From the NCBI GenBank assembly GCA_964016885.1, contig OZ024744.1, positions 88,474,001 through 88,538,000 on the forward strand: a stretch of DNA of 64,000 nucleotides, written 5' to 3'. Below are positions 26,761 through 44,774 of the stretch, in pieces. Below the pieces are notes generated by a model, which was not told the DNA's origin, ran no database searches, and worked only from the letters and a program-made list of their open reading frames with translations. This DNA comes from Eledone cirrhosa. Its lineage: Eukaryota. The number at the start of each line of letters is the position of its first letter. Positions within the stretch are counted from its first letter, which is position 1. Made by a program: the position numbers and the translations under genes.

Positions 26761-27650
26761 ATCAAATAATTAAGTGAAATATGTAAAATTTGGCTTCGTT
26801 TATTATAAATTATAGATACTAGCACAAAAAAACACCCTGTGGGTGGTTTTCTGCTAGCATGTGTAGTGTGTATATTGATATTATACACAAATATATATAT
26901 ACATGTAAATATGATACATCAAATAAAATCGCAATTGACAATATTAATAGAAATTGAACAAACCCTATGTTACACTGTCTTCTGTAATCAGTAATCAATG
27001 ATATGTTAAAAAAAAGACGACACACGCATTTTATTTTTTTATTTGTTTGGCACCGCCCACCACGTGACATGGTGGCAGGATAGATGCCAACCCTCACAAA
27101 CAAATTCTTCTAAACATAGCAGCAGCAAACCAAAGCTGACCGGTCAGCCGACCCCTTAACATCAATACCAACACAATGGAGGAGGTCAGCTGTACTTAAC
27201 AAAAACAACCACAACAGATTGTCTTGCCTCAGAAATTTTTTTATAGACTTTTGACTGAGGAATGTTCTCACAACTGACCAATGGGAGGAGAGAGTGTCCT
27301 ATGATGCCGAAATTCGTTTGTTCGAATTCATATGAATCCAGTTCCTCAGAGAAATAACAACCCAACCCAATAACAACCAGGAGCTGGACATATTGGAGTA
27401 TTGACGGAGCAAAACACTTTAACAACATGTGTACCTGTCTCAACCACACCAATTCGAACTGCCTGAATAGGTCACAGCCAATGATGGCTGTCACCGAAAT
27501 ATATATAGCAGTACATATTTAATAAACGAAGCCAAATTTTACATATTTTCTTTAATTATTTTACATTACTGCGGAGTAAACAAACCAACCTGCGTTCATC
27601 GTCGAGTGCTTCAATCTGCATACTAGGGGTCGACACCTCAGTATACCTCA
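26761..27650 (+). mobile_element. PLE 3' region with short inverted arm; hammerhead 27458-27512 (core mutated, CTGAATA)
   Basis: 26765-26804 is the reverse complement of 27521-27561; same stems as 26380-26434. Confidence 0.65.
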
Positions 27651-27940
27651 TTGCTCGGTTTGTGTTTTTTTTTCGCTGTTTTGTTATTCTTTCTCTTTTC
27701 TTCCCCTTTGCTTTTCTTCCCCCCTTCGTTCGTTTTCCCAATAAATTATCCAGTTATTGACGCCCTGGGGTGAAGTGGTATCTTGTCTTTAAAGCGTAGA
27801 AATATTCTAGACCCCAGTAGACACCTGATGAGGAACGCACCCCGTTCTTGCTTCCTTCGTATTCCCACTGCATTTTAAGTTACCTTAAATAACAACTACA
27901 CAGCCATTTCTATTCTCCATATATCATTATATATATATAT

Positions 27941-28070
27941 ACGTCCCTTTATGATCTGAGTTCAAATCCCGCTGGGGTTAACTTTGCCTTTCATCCTTAC
28001 GGGGTCGATAAAATAAAGTACCAGTAATGTACTGGATAATTGCTGGCCTTGTCCCCCAAAAAGTAGAAAC

Positions 28071-28075
<5 letters not shown>
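27941..28075 (+). mobile_element. 5'-truncated SINE
   Basis: Major family match. Confidence 0.88.
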
Positions 28076-28319
<244 letters not shown>

Positions 28320-28435
28320 TTAGTTTTGTTGGTTCACCACTGGATAGAACTGGTCATTCCGTATGGTAAACCTCGATGTAATATTATGGAAAGCACTCAA
28401 CGTACTCACCCGTCTTCGTTTGTGTAGTTGGTGGT

Positions 28436-31159
28436 TGTTGTTGTTGTTGTTATTGATTCACCTCAGGCGCTTGAGAATCCTCCTCAGAAGCGCTAGAGGT
28501 GCGACTGGGAGACGGACAAATTCCTCTAAGGATGTGCCGAGTTGGTGATGGTATTTCTTGATCGCCAGTGCAGGGCATCATAGCCAGAGGTGTTCAGACT
28601 CCTCCTCCTCTTCACCGCAGAGTCTGTAAGTGCTGTCTTCACATCTGTCAGTTAGTAGCTGCCACCTGCCAAGTGCTGGATGGTGCCCACTTCTGAAGCG
28701 GATAAGGTGGGTGAGATCAGCCTTGTCTATAGCGTTTTAGACTCTCTCGTCCGGCGGTTTGCTGAAGGTTTGGATATTTCTCTCGTGGGTGAAGGGTGCT
28801 GGTCTACACTCCGTTTTGATGAGAGCTTGTCTCCTGGCATGGGCAGCAGGGGGTGTTAGGTTGTGGAAGTGAGGAGCCCTGCTTTGCGAGTCTGTCTGCT
28901 AGTTCATTCCCTTGTAGATTACAGTGACCAGGGACCCATACAACAGTTAGATTTTTGTCTTCTCCGAGGTTGTTAACTGCTGCCCGGAGTTCTGTTATAG
29001 TGGGATCTTTGGGGGTAGAGTTGTCAATTGCCTGAACTAGAGATTTACAGTCGCAGATGATGGTCGCCGAAGTCTATTTTGCGTTATTGGTTTGTAACCA
29101 GTGGATGACTTCCCTAAGCGCAGCTTTTTCTGAGTGAAAGGAGCTACTTCTAGCGGCTGTTGCTGTACGCCACTCGTGGACGACCTCACCATCTTTCATG
29201 ATGACCATACTAGCTCCGCCATCGGTAGTACCTTTTGTAGACCCATCGGTGTTGATTTGAACATCTGAAGGGGCGAGGGTTGATATGGTGTCAAAGGCTG
29301 CCGTCAGTTGTTGGTTTGCGTTTGGGGACTTTGAGGTAATGGTGTAGATTACATGTATGGGGGTGGGGTTAGCCATGGGGAGGTTCTGGGGTGTCGGGGG
29401 ATAAGATGTAGTCGTGCCAGGTGCTGGGATTGGGTGCCTCTCCAGTCTGTCTTTTTGAGCTTTTTTCGGCTGCTGGTATTGAAAACGTTCGTCCGTCTTT
29501 GGTATGTTTGCCCAGTGATCAGCTTTAAGCAGTGCAAATGTCGAGAATCTGGAGGAGAGCGTAGGTAACTGGGATTCTGCTAACACAGTGTCGGTCGGCG
29601 TGGTTCTGACTTGGCCGGTGATGGTTTGAGCCACGTCTAGTTGTATTCTTTCGAGCTTGCCGATGTTGGTGGCAGACAACCAGGGTGTCCACGCCGGGGC
29701 CGCATATTCTGCGATGCTTCGTTGTACGGCAGTGTAGATTTGACGAAGATCCTCTTTCTTCCAGCCCCACGTCGTTCCTGCTACAGTTTTTAGTAGGTTC
29801 GTACTGGATTGGATAGTTCGACATACCTTCTCGACATGTTCCCCAAAGGTTAACTGCCGGTCGTATGTGATGCCCAGGAATTTTGGGAAAGGGTTGCAAG
29901 AAAGTTGCTTCCCGGCTATTGCGATATTGGGCTGCCACTTTGCCTCTGCTCCATCAAGACTGAAAAATACTGTCTCGCATTTATTAATATTGAGCTGCAG
30001 TCTAGCTTCCTTGCTCCATTCAGATACCTTGTCAACCTCTTTTTGTAGTAGGACGGCTACTTCATCTTTATTCCTACCGTTACACGCGATCGCCAGATCA
30101 TCTGCGTAGGCGCTGATGTGCGTAGATTCTTCAAATCCATCTAGGAGTCTATTTATGTAGACCGTGAAGAGGATTGGAGACAGGGCAGCCCCTTGTGGAA
30201 GGCCTTCTTTAAACACTCTGCTCCTACCTGTCGTTTAGTTAAGACGGACAATCGCGGTGCGGTTCACGAACCATGTCGACAACCATTCAACAAAACGTAG
30301 GGGAACACCAAGCCTCAGCATGCTCTGCAGTAGTCCGGTTCTCCAGACACGATCGTACGCCCTGCTAAAGTCGAAAAGGGGGGCTAGGGTGCGTTTGCGC
30401 TGCGACGACTGGAACCCATCCGAGATGAATTGGGAGAGTCGGAGGCATTGATCGGTTGTACTGCGTCCTTTCCTGAAACCCGCCTGTCAGGGACTGAGAA
30501 TCGAATGCTCCTCGAGCCACCATGACAGATGGGTAGCAATCAGTCTTTCAAGTAGTTTTCCTATTGTTAAGGTCAGTGATATTGGGCGGTAGCTCCCTAC
30601 TTCTGCTGGATCTTTGCCTTTTTTGTGGAAAGGTATGATTGTCGCCGTCCGCCATGACTGAGGGCACCAATTTTTCGTCCAACTATGGTTTAAAATTTGC
30701 AAAAGTTCAATTTGAATAGATTTGGTTAGGTGTTTGGAAAGGTCTGGCGCTATTTCATCTGGACCTGCTGTTTTACGTGCTTTGATCTTTTTAATTGCAG
30801 CGTTGAGTTCATCCAGGGTGAAATCGGCTTCTATCCTTTGCCTGGGGGCAAGGAGCAGGTCTTTCATTTCTCTTTTCAATACTCCTCCTGTCCTTCTTGA
30901 TTCTTTGTCGCTCTTTCTTCCACTTATAGTGGCATACTCTCGTAGAAAAGCTGCAGCTTTCCCCCTCGCTGGCGTAGACAGTACCTTCATATGTCAAAGA
31001 TTTCCCAGTTGACTTTGAAGCTTTGCCACATAATGACTTTACCGTGGCCCATGCCTGCTTGGTATCTTTCGTGTCTGAGAGTTTTTGTAAGTGATTTCGC
31101 CACGCTTCCCTTTTTCCTTCTTCTGTGAGTCTTGCAATTTCTTTGCAGGTCTCCATCCA
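28436..31159 (-). mobile_element. 5'-truncated I-group (Ingi-like) LINE: RT + RNase H + C-terminal knuckle
   Basis: YRPISL, DFSRAYD, GLPQG..LSP, YADD, TDGS; (CAA)n tail; 11-bp TSD tagttggtggt (28425-35, 31160-70); several stops and frameshifts. Confidence 0.9.
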
Positions 31160-31239
31160 TAGTTGGTGGTGCGAGTACGGAGTTAATTATTATAAAATAT
31201 CAGGAGGCTGGACTGGTGTACTTCCTTGAAAGGTTTATT

Positions 31240-31297
31240 ATACTACGATCATTTCAATGACCGGATTCAGTATGAATCCGGTGATATCATCAGGTAT
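31240..31297 (-). ncRNA. Type I hammerhead ribozyme motif
   Basis: atac-CTGATGA-(accggattca/tgaatccggt)-GAAA-tgatcgta-gtat. Confidence 0.8.
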
Positions 31298-31469
31298 TTG
31301 AAATATAACAAATGAATACAAAGGAATACAATAGACAAAATCCATGGGGCTGAAAAATCAGACACATGAGGGCGACCGAACATTCAGCATCTTCTACCCT
31401 GGTCGAGTATAATAAACCTTTCAAGGAAGTACACCAGTCCAGCCTCCTGTTATTTTATATATATATATA

Positions 31470-34400
31470 TTTTGAAAGTGAAATTTTTAATATATTAAGG
31501 AGGATAAAATTTAAGAAAAACCCATATAACGACCAGGAATACCTTAGAAGTCTGAGAGAAAAAATTATTGATATAAAAAAAGTAAATAAAATATTAGTGA
31601 AATCAGACACATCTAACAATTTATATGGGATAGAAAAAACAGAATATAAGGACTTAATTTTACAAGAATTGAGAAAGAATTACAGAAAAGCCCCGGCTGA
31701 AGATCTATTAGATATGAATAATGATGCGTTTGAAATAATCACTAATCTCGGAATTGAAAGGAAGACCGAACCTTTCATACCAAGGCAACCGCGGATAAAT
31801 TTTAAAGACCATAAAGGAAATTTCGAAGAGGACTTACCAGTTAGACTTATCTCACCTTCTAAGTCGGACGTTGGAATAATTAGTAAAAACATAATAGAAA
31901 GAATTTTGCCAACATTAAAATTGAAGTCAAAGCTTAACTTATCGAAGGACACTAGTGAAGTCATAGATTGGTTTAAGAACATTGAAAATAAGAAAAATCA
32001 TAAATTTATTCAAATGGACATAGCGAGTTAAAACTCCTCAATAACTCCTAACCTTTTGAATAAGGCATGATCATACGCATATAAACACACTGATCTATCT
32101 AGTGAGGAGATTAATATTATTTTAACGGCTAGGCAAACCTTGATTAACTTTAATAAAGAATTTCGACATTACCATGGGATCGTCTGATTCTGCGCAGGTT
32201 ACCGATCTTCTGGGAATTTTTATCCTTAATATGATAAATAGAAAACTGCTGGAGATTACCGGTGGTTTATATAGAGATGATATATTATTTACTGTAGTTA
32301 AACATAGCAATAGTGAATTAAATAGTGTAAAGAAAATAATTATAGAATTCTTTAAAAATTACGACCTAAAATTAGAAGTGGAAAGTAACAGTAAAATAGT
32401 TAACTTCCTAGACGTAACCCTTAATTTAAACTCAGGACTATATTACCCCTTCCATAAACCCAATGAAAACCTAAATTATGTTAGTTTTTATTCCAATCAT
32501 CCTAAATGGGTTAAAAATGCAATAGTCAATAGTGTTCAACAACGTTTAACTATATTATCTGCTAACAAATCCATTTTTAATAGTAAAGCTCGATATTATA
32601 ATGAAGCGTTACAAAAGCAGGATATAAAAATAATATTGAATATGTAGAAAATAATAATTGAAATTATAAACTATTATTCATAATAATAGGAATAATATAA
32701 ATGAAACAGATTGTAAAAATAAAAATAAAAATAAAAATAATAAAAATATATAATAAAATACCAATTTCGAGAATAAATCAGGGAAAAAAATTAGAACTAG
32801 ATCTATTATTTGGTATGCCCCACCAGCATCTTTAACTATTAAAACACCTTTTGCACATTTATTTTTTAAAGCATTAGATAAATGTTTCCCTAGAACACAT
32901 AAATATTACCCTATCTTCAATAGACCCACAGTTAACCTATCTTACTCAACAACTATGAATATGGCTCAAAATATTGCAAAAATAAATAGCAGAATTCTTA
33001 GTTCTAACCAACAGTTAATTAGTTATAATGACAATAATAATAATAATGATAATAATAATAGTACTATAGTTATAAAGAATAACAATAACATTAATTTAAG
33101 CACTTACAGTAGAACACCTACGAATATTAACAATGATAATGCGAACAGTTTAGATTATAGAAATAGCATGAGATCGAACTATAACTGTAGAAGAAAATCT
33201 GAATGCCCTTTGCAAAATAACTGCCTTCATAAGAATTTAGTATATAAATGTACCATTAAAACAAATAATAATATGACCTATAACTACATAGGTGCAACTT
33301 CATCGAACTTTAAACTGAGATTTTCCAATCATAAACATTCTTTTTCTAATCCGGATAAGAAATTTACTACTTCTTTATCACAATTAATATGGTCTTTAAA
33401 AGAGAAAAATATAAAATACTCAATATCTTGGACTAAACTTCGAAACTGTGAACCATATCGGAATAATTCGATCTCACCTAACTGCAATCTTTGCAATACT
33501 GAGACACTATTAATAATTGCTAATTATGATAATTTAATTAATAAAAAAAGTGAGTTATTCTCAAATTGCCTCCATAAATCTGCAACAACATTTCAAGCAT
33601 CATATAAATTTAGGAAAAAACATTGACCGAGTGAGAAAAGATATTGAGACTTATTAATAATTCTTGTAATGCTACTATTATTGCTATTATTGTTATTATT
33701 GATATTATGTATAATGTTCTACCTTACCTTAGGAAATGCATACCTGATCTTTAAAAGAGTATGATAATCTCTTGATTGATACCTTTAGTTCGATTTAGAA
33801 TCCTCTTTTTAAATCCTGAATTTTCTAAATTTGAGATCTGTAATATCTTCAGACTTTTAAACCGTTTAGTTAATTTAAACATTTAGATACGTCGTACGTA
33901 GCTATTGTTTACATTTATCGTGTATAAGTTTCGTATTATCCAAATTGATTAATAATCTGTATTTAACTTGATTTATAGTATTAAATACAGTAAAATTTGG
34001 TTGAATCGAAATAATAATACTCTCAAGAGTAATTATAACTAATAATTAATCCTATAAGTAATTGACAAGTATTGATTTAAATAGTATTGTTTATAATATT
34101 TATATTTCTAAACATATAAAATGCATATACAGATGCTAATATGCAAGTAAATTAAGTTTAATAATATCATATTTGCTATATTTGTAAGCACCATTGTTGG
34201 TTAATAATATTTATAATTTTGAATTTTATAACTAAATTATTGAATGTATTTACTAATTTAAATATGCTCCAGATTGTCATTGAAGATATGTTATATTATT
34301 TTATATTATTCTATATTGTTTTAATTTTGATATAATATAATAGTATAATTTCTTTCAAATATTATAGAGTAAAAATTTCACGGTATTTAATTGATCGTTT

Positions 34401-34928
34401 ATACCTAACTTTATATTTGAAAATAAAACGGTCACGCATCATGTACCTATATTCTTCTTTTCCTTATCTAGTTATATTATACCATCTATATCTCCCTCTC
34501 TTCGTTTTTATCTTCATCTCTCTATCTTTTCCTTTTCTCCTCTATTTAGCCCTCTCTCTCTCATTTCTTTTTTTCTCTAATACGGATATTTACATATTTA
34601 ATTATTTAAATATTTAACATTTATGTACTTATGTGTTTATGTATTGTATTTATCTATTTATGTATTTATTTTTTTCTACACGTTTTCCTACTCATCCTCT
34701 CCATTATATGTAGTTTGTCATACTTATGGTATATAAATATTGAGTTTTGTTATAATTAATCACTACCAAGACTGGAATTGAACCATCAGCACAGTTGAGG
34801 TATGTCACACATCAATTTATCTATTTTATCTGATGAGGGCATACTGAGGAAACAGCACAGTACCTCCGAAATATATATAATAAAATATATTTGATTATAT
34901 GAATGTCTATATTTATTAATATTTTGAA

Positions 34929-34932
<4 letters not shown>
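31470..34932 (+). mobile_element. Naiad-type PLE, disrupted RT + GIY-YIG, long AT-rich 3' UTR, ends without tail
   Basis: KDHK.NF....PVRLISP.KSD.G.ISK, MGSSDSAQ, GGLYRDD, CRRKSECPL..NCL, LVYKC..YIGAT, CNLC..E, NKKSE...C.H. Confidence 0.9.
34822..34887 (+). ncRNA. Type I hammerhead ribozyme motif
   Basis: tattttat-CTGATGA-(tactg/cagta)-GAAA-tatatata-ataaaata. Confidence 0.82.
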
Positions 34933-34983
<51 letters not shown>

Positions 34984-35075
34984 GTATTGTAGTACAAACT
35001 TGGTATAAATATCCAAAGGTTTAGAGGACTCAGTCCGTGAGACGTGTTAATGTGTAATATATATATATGTATACA

Positions 35076-35164
<89 letters not shown>

Positions 35165-35821
35165 GTGTATATATATATATACACACAAATTAACGTTATG
35201 ACAATGTCGCGTTCTTACATATATAAAACAGTGCAAACCCGCAACATTTTGATACGTATTTACATAATTTACCCTTCTACTTTATATTTCCTTTACCTAA
35301 AATATATCTTCCTAGTTTTTACTTTCTTTCATTTCCCAAATGTTAATGCTTTCTTTTAGTCTTCTCCTCAGATTTATCCTTCATCGGCTTCGCTTCATAT
35401 TCTTTTCATTTTCCTTTAATAAAGTAAATTTGTTTTCCTAAATTTTGTTTTTTAATTTGAATAATTAATTTTTTAATATGAATCCAAAAATTTACAGAAA
35501 ATGTGTCTCAGTTATATACTATTTGTGGCCATGTTGATAGTCATATGAAATATTTCTTCCCCAGCCTTCTTTCTCTTCGAACTGTAAGTTTGTTGACTCT
35601 CGTAAAAACATAATGGAAATCACTACGATTGGTTCGTTTTTTTTTGTTTTATTTCGAAAGCGTTTCTTTCATTTTTTTTTTTTTTGCGAATTTTCTTCGA
35701 AGAAAAGAATGAAATGAAATGAAATATTATAATGTCCTCTTATTCTAAGTTAAATCGTAAACACCGCCATTTAGCCTAGGGGTGTGCAACATATTCCATT
35801 TACTGGATACTTGTGAAATTG

Positions 35822-37650
35822 AAACAACTATTAGAGCCATTAATATTCATTAAGCACTATTCCAAAGATTCACCACAACTTCTTTCCATAACATGGAACT
35901 GGGAAATTATAACACACATAACCCTATCAGAACAACTATTAGGACCATTAATATTTATTAAGTACTATTCGAAAGATCAACCACAACTTCTTTCTATAAC
36001 ATCGAACTGGGAAATTATAACACACATAACCCTATCAGAACAACTATTAGGACCATTAATATTTAATAAGTACTATTCGAAAGATCAACCACAACTTCTT
36101 TCTATAACATCGAACTGGGAAATTATAACACACATAACCCTATCAGAACAACTATTAGGACCATTAATATTTAATAAGTACTGTAGCGACTAGCGCCACC
36201 TTGCCCGGGGAGAAAAACTAACTGGAGTTACTTCCCGTTGAATTCTAGAAGATTCCTTGAACTTCCGGTCTAGGGATCATAAAGGAGGGAGAAAAGAGAT
36301 ATCTGAGCTTATTTGGCGACCGGCTCTCGGATCTTCCACCAATGAACCCTCGTGACCAGTCTATTTCTTCTGCTGTACTATCGGATATCTCTACGTGGAC
36401 ACACATTTTCATACGGAATGATTCTGTCAAGGGACCTCTTACGTCACCCTACAATGGACCTTTTCGGGTACTTTCGCACACACCAAAACACTTTACAGTG
36501 GTTGTCAATGGTTGAAAAGGGGTAATATCCGTTGACAGAGCAAAGAAGGCTTTCTCTGAAAGTGTCACATCATTGCCTGACATACCTCGCACATACACTC
36601 CCACACAAACACCTTCACCTCCACCGAAAACACCACATACCACGCAACCATGTCACACGAAGTGGCAGGACAGTAATATGGCCACGGAAACTCTCAAAAA
36701 CAATATTCGTCTAACCCCTAGTAGCATTAACTATTTGACTTTGAAAAACTTTGAACTTATTTTGAGCACTTTTTTCCTTGCTCCCTTGTACTGTTTTGAA
36801 TTGTATTGTTCCAGTTACATTTTTCTGCATGTTTATTTTCATACTTTGCTTCTGTTACAAACCATTGTAATTTATGTACCTTTTGTTTTGCTTGCTCCTT
36901 ATTCTACGGCTCCTCGCTACAATGACCTTACGGTTATTATCAACTATCGTCTGGAGGGGAGCCTTGTAGCGAGTAGCGCCACCTTGCCCGGGGAGAAAAA
37001 ACTAATTGGAGTTACTTCCGTTGAATTCTAGAAGATTCCTTGAACTTCCGGTCTAGGGATTATAAAGGAGGGAGAAAAGAGACATTTTAGCTTATTTGGC
37101 GACCGGCTCTCGGACAGTTCACTCACGAGCGAGTTTGTTAACTTTATTATATCGGTATCGAATTTAATTAGTGGTTGGCCTACAGTGGCGTTTCCCCAAA
37201 TAAATAACACTGTGACCAATTCACTAAAGTACTATTCCAAAGACTAACCACAACTTCTTTCCATAACATGGAACTGGGAAATTATAACACACATAACCCT
37301 ATCAGAACAACTATTAGGGCCATTAATATTTAATAAGTACTATTCCAAAGATTAACCACAACTTCTTTCCATAACACCGAACTGGGAAATTATAACACAC
37401 ATAACCCTATCAGAACAACTATTAGGGCCATTAATATTTAATAAGTACTATTCCAAAGATTAACCACAACTTCTTTCCATAACACCGAACTGGGAAATTA
37501 TAACACACATAACCCTATCAGAACAACTATTAGGGCCATTAATATTTAATAAGTACTATTCCAAAGATTAACCACAACTTCTTTCCATAACATAGAACTG
37601 GGAAATTATAACACACATAACGCTATCAGTGAAGCCCTTTAATATAGGTT
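35822..37650. repeat. 108-bp tandem repeat, about 7 units, interrupted by an LTR element
   Basis: aagtactatt recurs at 35960, 36068 and 37227, 37335, 37443, 37551. Confidence 0.93.
36182..37228 (+). mobile_element. Internally deleted Gypsy LTR retrotransposon
   Basis: Truncated 5' LTR 36182-36332; 3' LTR 36965-37228 (tgtag...ctaaa); purine tract ggagggga before 3' LTR; integrase tail KGPLTSPYNGPFRV..SVDR.K.A, TRSGR; TSD gtac. Confidence 0.85.
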
Positions 37651-37700
37651 AACTAACAGAAAATTGTATTACGGTTACGAAAAAAAATCTAAATAAGCTT

Positions 37701-38185
<485 letters not shown>

Positions 38186-38195
38186 ATATATATAT

Positions 38196-41246
<3,051 letters not shown>

Positions 41247-41513
41247 TTTCGGACTTTCGCAATTATCTCCCTTACTCCTCTCGCACGCAGTCTAGTACTG
41301 CCTGTGTGAAATGTCCGGGTTTCTGCGCATGCGCGTTCGTACGGTTGTCCTTCCTGTTCCTATAACCATGCCCATTCCGAGCTGAGGATCCGCTAAGGTG
41401 AAACAATTGTTCTCGGTATGGTGAACTAACTGTTGTGTAACCACTGCTACCTAACTCGTCCCATGGACTGAGTGGTCTACCACTACGGATATTACCTTCC
41501 AGTGTTCCACCAC
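41247..41513 (+). mobile_element. 3' end of a second PLE-associated family with hammerhead and tail
   Basis: Shared with 269-391 and 28103-28200. Confidence 0.75.
41365..41422 (+). ncRNA. Type I hammerhead ribozyme motif
   Basis: accatg..ccgag-CTGAGGA-cc/gg-GAAA-caattgtt-ctcgg.tatggt; bulged extended helix I. Confidence 0.8.
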
Positions 41514-41525
41514 TATATATATATA

Positions 41526-41941
41526 CAATGATATTAAATAAATGGAAACTATATTTATAAAACCATATTTATTCTATTATATATATTTCAAGGGTACCAA
41601 AAATTTGGTACGCTATCATCAGATAAAATACAAAATGTTTTATAAATATTTGACATAACCAAAGATAATATACCTTAACGGTTCAAGTTATCCAGAGATA
41701 ACTTGAACCGTTAAGGTATATTATCCTTGGTTATGTCAAATATTTATAAAACATTTTGTATTTTATCTGATGATAGCGTACCAAAGTTTTGGTAGCCTTG
41801 AAATATATATAATAGAATAAATATGGTTTTATAAATATAGTTTCCATTTATTTAATATCATTGAATACTTACTCCAGAAATCTGTAGAGTGCTCTGAATC
41901 AATTATAAACATCTATATTTGCTGGATTTCCAACAAATTAA

Positions 41942-41943
<2 letters not shown>
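41526..41943. mobile_element. About 340-bp near-perfect palindrome of PLE 3' ends with two hammerheads (41570-41630 minus, 41759-41819 plus) plus tail
   Basis: Centre gttatc-caga-gataac near 41694; both arms CTGATGA-gtaccaaa stem-GAAA-tatatata. Confidence 0.85.
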
Positions 41944-42035
<92 letters not shown>

Positions 42036-42039
<4 letters not shown>

Positions 42040-42200
42040 GGTAAACAGAAATAACAACACAATCGGTACAGTATATGGAAGGGATATATTAGGTTAACGC
42101 TTGAAACAGCAGTTTTGGACGCTAGTCCTTCATCAGAAGAAAGAATGAGAAATAAGATAGATTGAGCTGACGGGCGGGTTGGAATTGGAAAAAAATGTCT
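42036..42200 (-). mobile_element. 3' end of the 39031 PLE family in (CA)n
   Basis: Matches 39031-39170. Confidence 0.8.
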
Positions 42201-42295
42201 TTAGATAAAAATAATAGGTCCATTCATGTTGACATCTCTATTTGTATATATATATATATATGTATGTATATATATGTATTTGAACACACACACAT

Positions 42296-42351
<56 letters not shown>

Positions 42352-42352
<1 letters not shown>

Positions 42353-42535
42353 ACAAAGGAAATGTTGTAAGGAGCCAGGTGGACCATAACGCACCAAAGT
42401 ACTCAATACTTAGGGTAGTAGAGTGGGTAATAGGAACAAGTAAGAACCCGACGGCTGAGCTCAAGCCGTTTCGACAGCTAATTCTGTATTAGCTATCGAA
42501 ACGGCTTGAGCTCAGCCGTCGGCGTCTTACTTGTT

Positions 42536-42540
<5 letters not shown>
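42352..42540. mobile_element. Miniature asymmetric foldback element
   Basis: Arms 42430-42482 / 42488-42540; left-only tail. Confidence 0.8.
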
Positions 42541-42609
<69 letters not shown>

Positions 42610-43082
42610 TATATATATCATATGATTTATCGTGGCGATTGGATGATTTGGAATTTGAAATGTGGTAGTCGAACCGCACAAAATAACTGCAGAAGTCGAT
42701 CGCTATATATATAATAATATCTTTAGAAAATCCTGCAAAATATACTCCGTAATGGCTGCTAGCCACTTTTTTTTTTTTTATCTCCCTAAGGGTATTTTAT
42801 CCGATTTTCTAAAGCTATTATTATTTACTGCGATGGATTGTTGTTACAATTATTTTCTGAGGTGAGTTTCCAACAAACGCACACATACACATATACGAGC
42901 GCGCTCACATACACATGCATATACATACATGCATATATATAGCAGTGCGAGGGCAATACAAGGTCCCCTGATCCGAAGGCCGGTAAATCCATGGTAATTC
43001 GATTGGAAATAAATCACCGAGTCCAGAAGACAGGTGGAAATATAGTAAATAAAGGAACTAATTTAAAAAAACACACACACAC

Positions 43083-43160
<78 letters not shown>

Positions 43161-43504
43161 TAAACGAAAAATTGGAGTGTAACATGATATTATAACAAAC
43201 ATCTATTCACATTACACGTGTGTCGCCCACAGTACGGCTCAAAATTATTGGTAAAAACATACGTTATATAAATTATTATGCAATTTATATGTGGTTTAAC
43301 TTAATTTTTCGGATATCGGTGTACAGTATTTATAAAACTCTACAGATTCATTTGTGGAAATGATGACCTGGGTTATTTCATTGGTATACATCTCAAGGCC
43401 TGCGTCGTGTGAATAAACATTTGCTAAATAACGGGGCCTGACCGAGTGCTTTCACTTTTTAAGTGGTCTCCATCGATACCTCTGGCGTCCTTGGTCCTCG
43501 CATT

Positions 43505-43692
43505 TGGATTGGCAGTATCGGTAGAAGGTCGGACGCCATGCTTGGGCGCATAGAGTTACGGCCCTTGCCATTCTGAGTTCAAATCCCGCCGAGGTTAACT
43601 TTGCATTTCATCCTTACGTGGTCGATAAAATAAAGTACCAGTAATGCACTGGGGAAATTGCTGGACTTGTGCCAAAAGTAGAAACAATTATT
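43505..43692 (+). mobile_element. Full-length SINE (major family)
   Basis: A-box tggcagtatcgg, B-box gagttcaaatcc, Nin/Deu-type core, aacaattatt end. Confidence 0.9.
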
Positions 43693-44186
43693 GATTTCTC
43701 TTGCGAATTCGGAAAGACGGTGGCCCGCTAGAGGAGGGAGCGACGTGGCGTGGCGTAGGGTGGCTATTGTAGTGGGTGTGTCTGGTCATTCTCGGTGGTG
43801 ACATATTTGCCGTTTTGTCCGAGAAACGTGACTGTGCCACCGCTCAGACTGGTATGTAGTGACTGTCATTCTCGCCGCTCCCTTTCTTTCACAGCTTGAT
43901 CCTTCTTTCTTTTCCTCCTTTTCATTTTCTATTTTCTTCCTCTGGTAAATTCGGGCTATAATTCTTGAAGCAATATCTGTTTTGTCTCTTATCTCTTTAG
44001 CATTTAAACCGGCTGTATCCGGCCAGAATTCTCGAACATCTTTCTGTTCAAACTGGCCATAACTGGCCACTCATACTGACATTAAGGTATTGTTCTCAAA
44101 ATAAATAATAATATCATTAAAATGTCGTAGATTCCATATTATGTGAGATAATTATGTAAGATAAAGCCTTTCCCATGAACATATAA

Positions 44187-44521
44187 TAGTAGAGAAATAT
44201 AAATGCTAAAAGGTTAATGTAATTTGTAAAATATCACCCTCCTCACCAAGCAAGCTTGGAGAGGTTGCCGGTTTCGTCGCAGGCAACCCGACCATCAGAC
44301 CCGACCATTATAATGTGTTGCATGTTACCAGTAACACTCGAGAGCGACCTGACATTATATATATATAAATACATATACAATGATATTAAATAAATGGAAA
44401 CTATATTTATAAAACCATATTTATTTTATTATATATATTTCAAGGGTACCAAGACACATTGATACGCTTTTATCATTTCTATTTGATTTGTTGGATTCCA
44501 ACAAATTAAATACCCCTTCTA

Positions 44522-44523
<2 letters not shown>
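44187..44523. repeat. About 337-bp composite block duplicated at 46961-47298
   Basis: Two adjacent mini-elements with degenerate hammerheads; near-identical direct copy. Confidence 0.85.
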
Positions 44524-44581
<58 letters not shown>

Positions 44582-44774
44582 CATACATAAAGTAGAAGGA
44601 GGCGCAAGACAAAGAGAATGGAAAGACGGACAGTCCAATCTTCTCAGTCAGCTTCTGTGAATCACTGCATTTGTTCGGATCTAGCTGTCGAAACGGCAGG
44701 AGCTCAGTCGTCCTGACTCTTTTCCTACACACACACACACACACAAACACACATATATATATATATACATATAT

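Noticed and set aside
35822-37650. CRISPR-like array
   Set aside because: Plain tandem repeat without unique spacers; eukaryotic context; no cas genes
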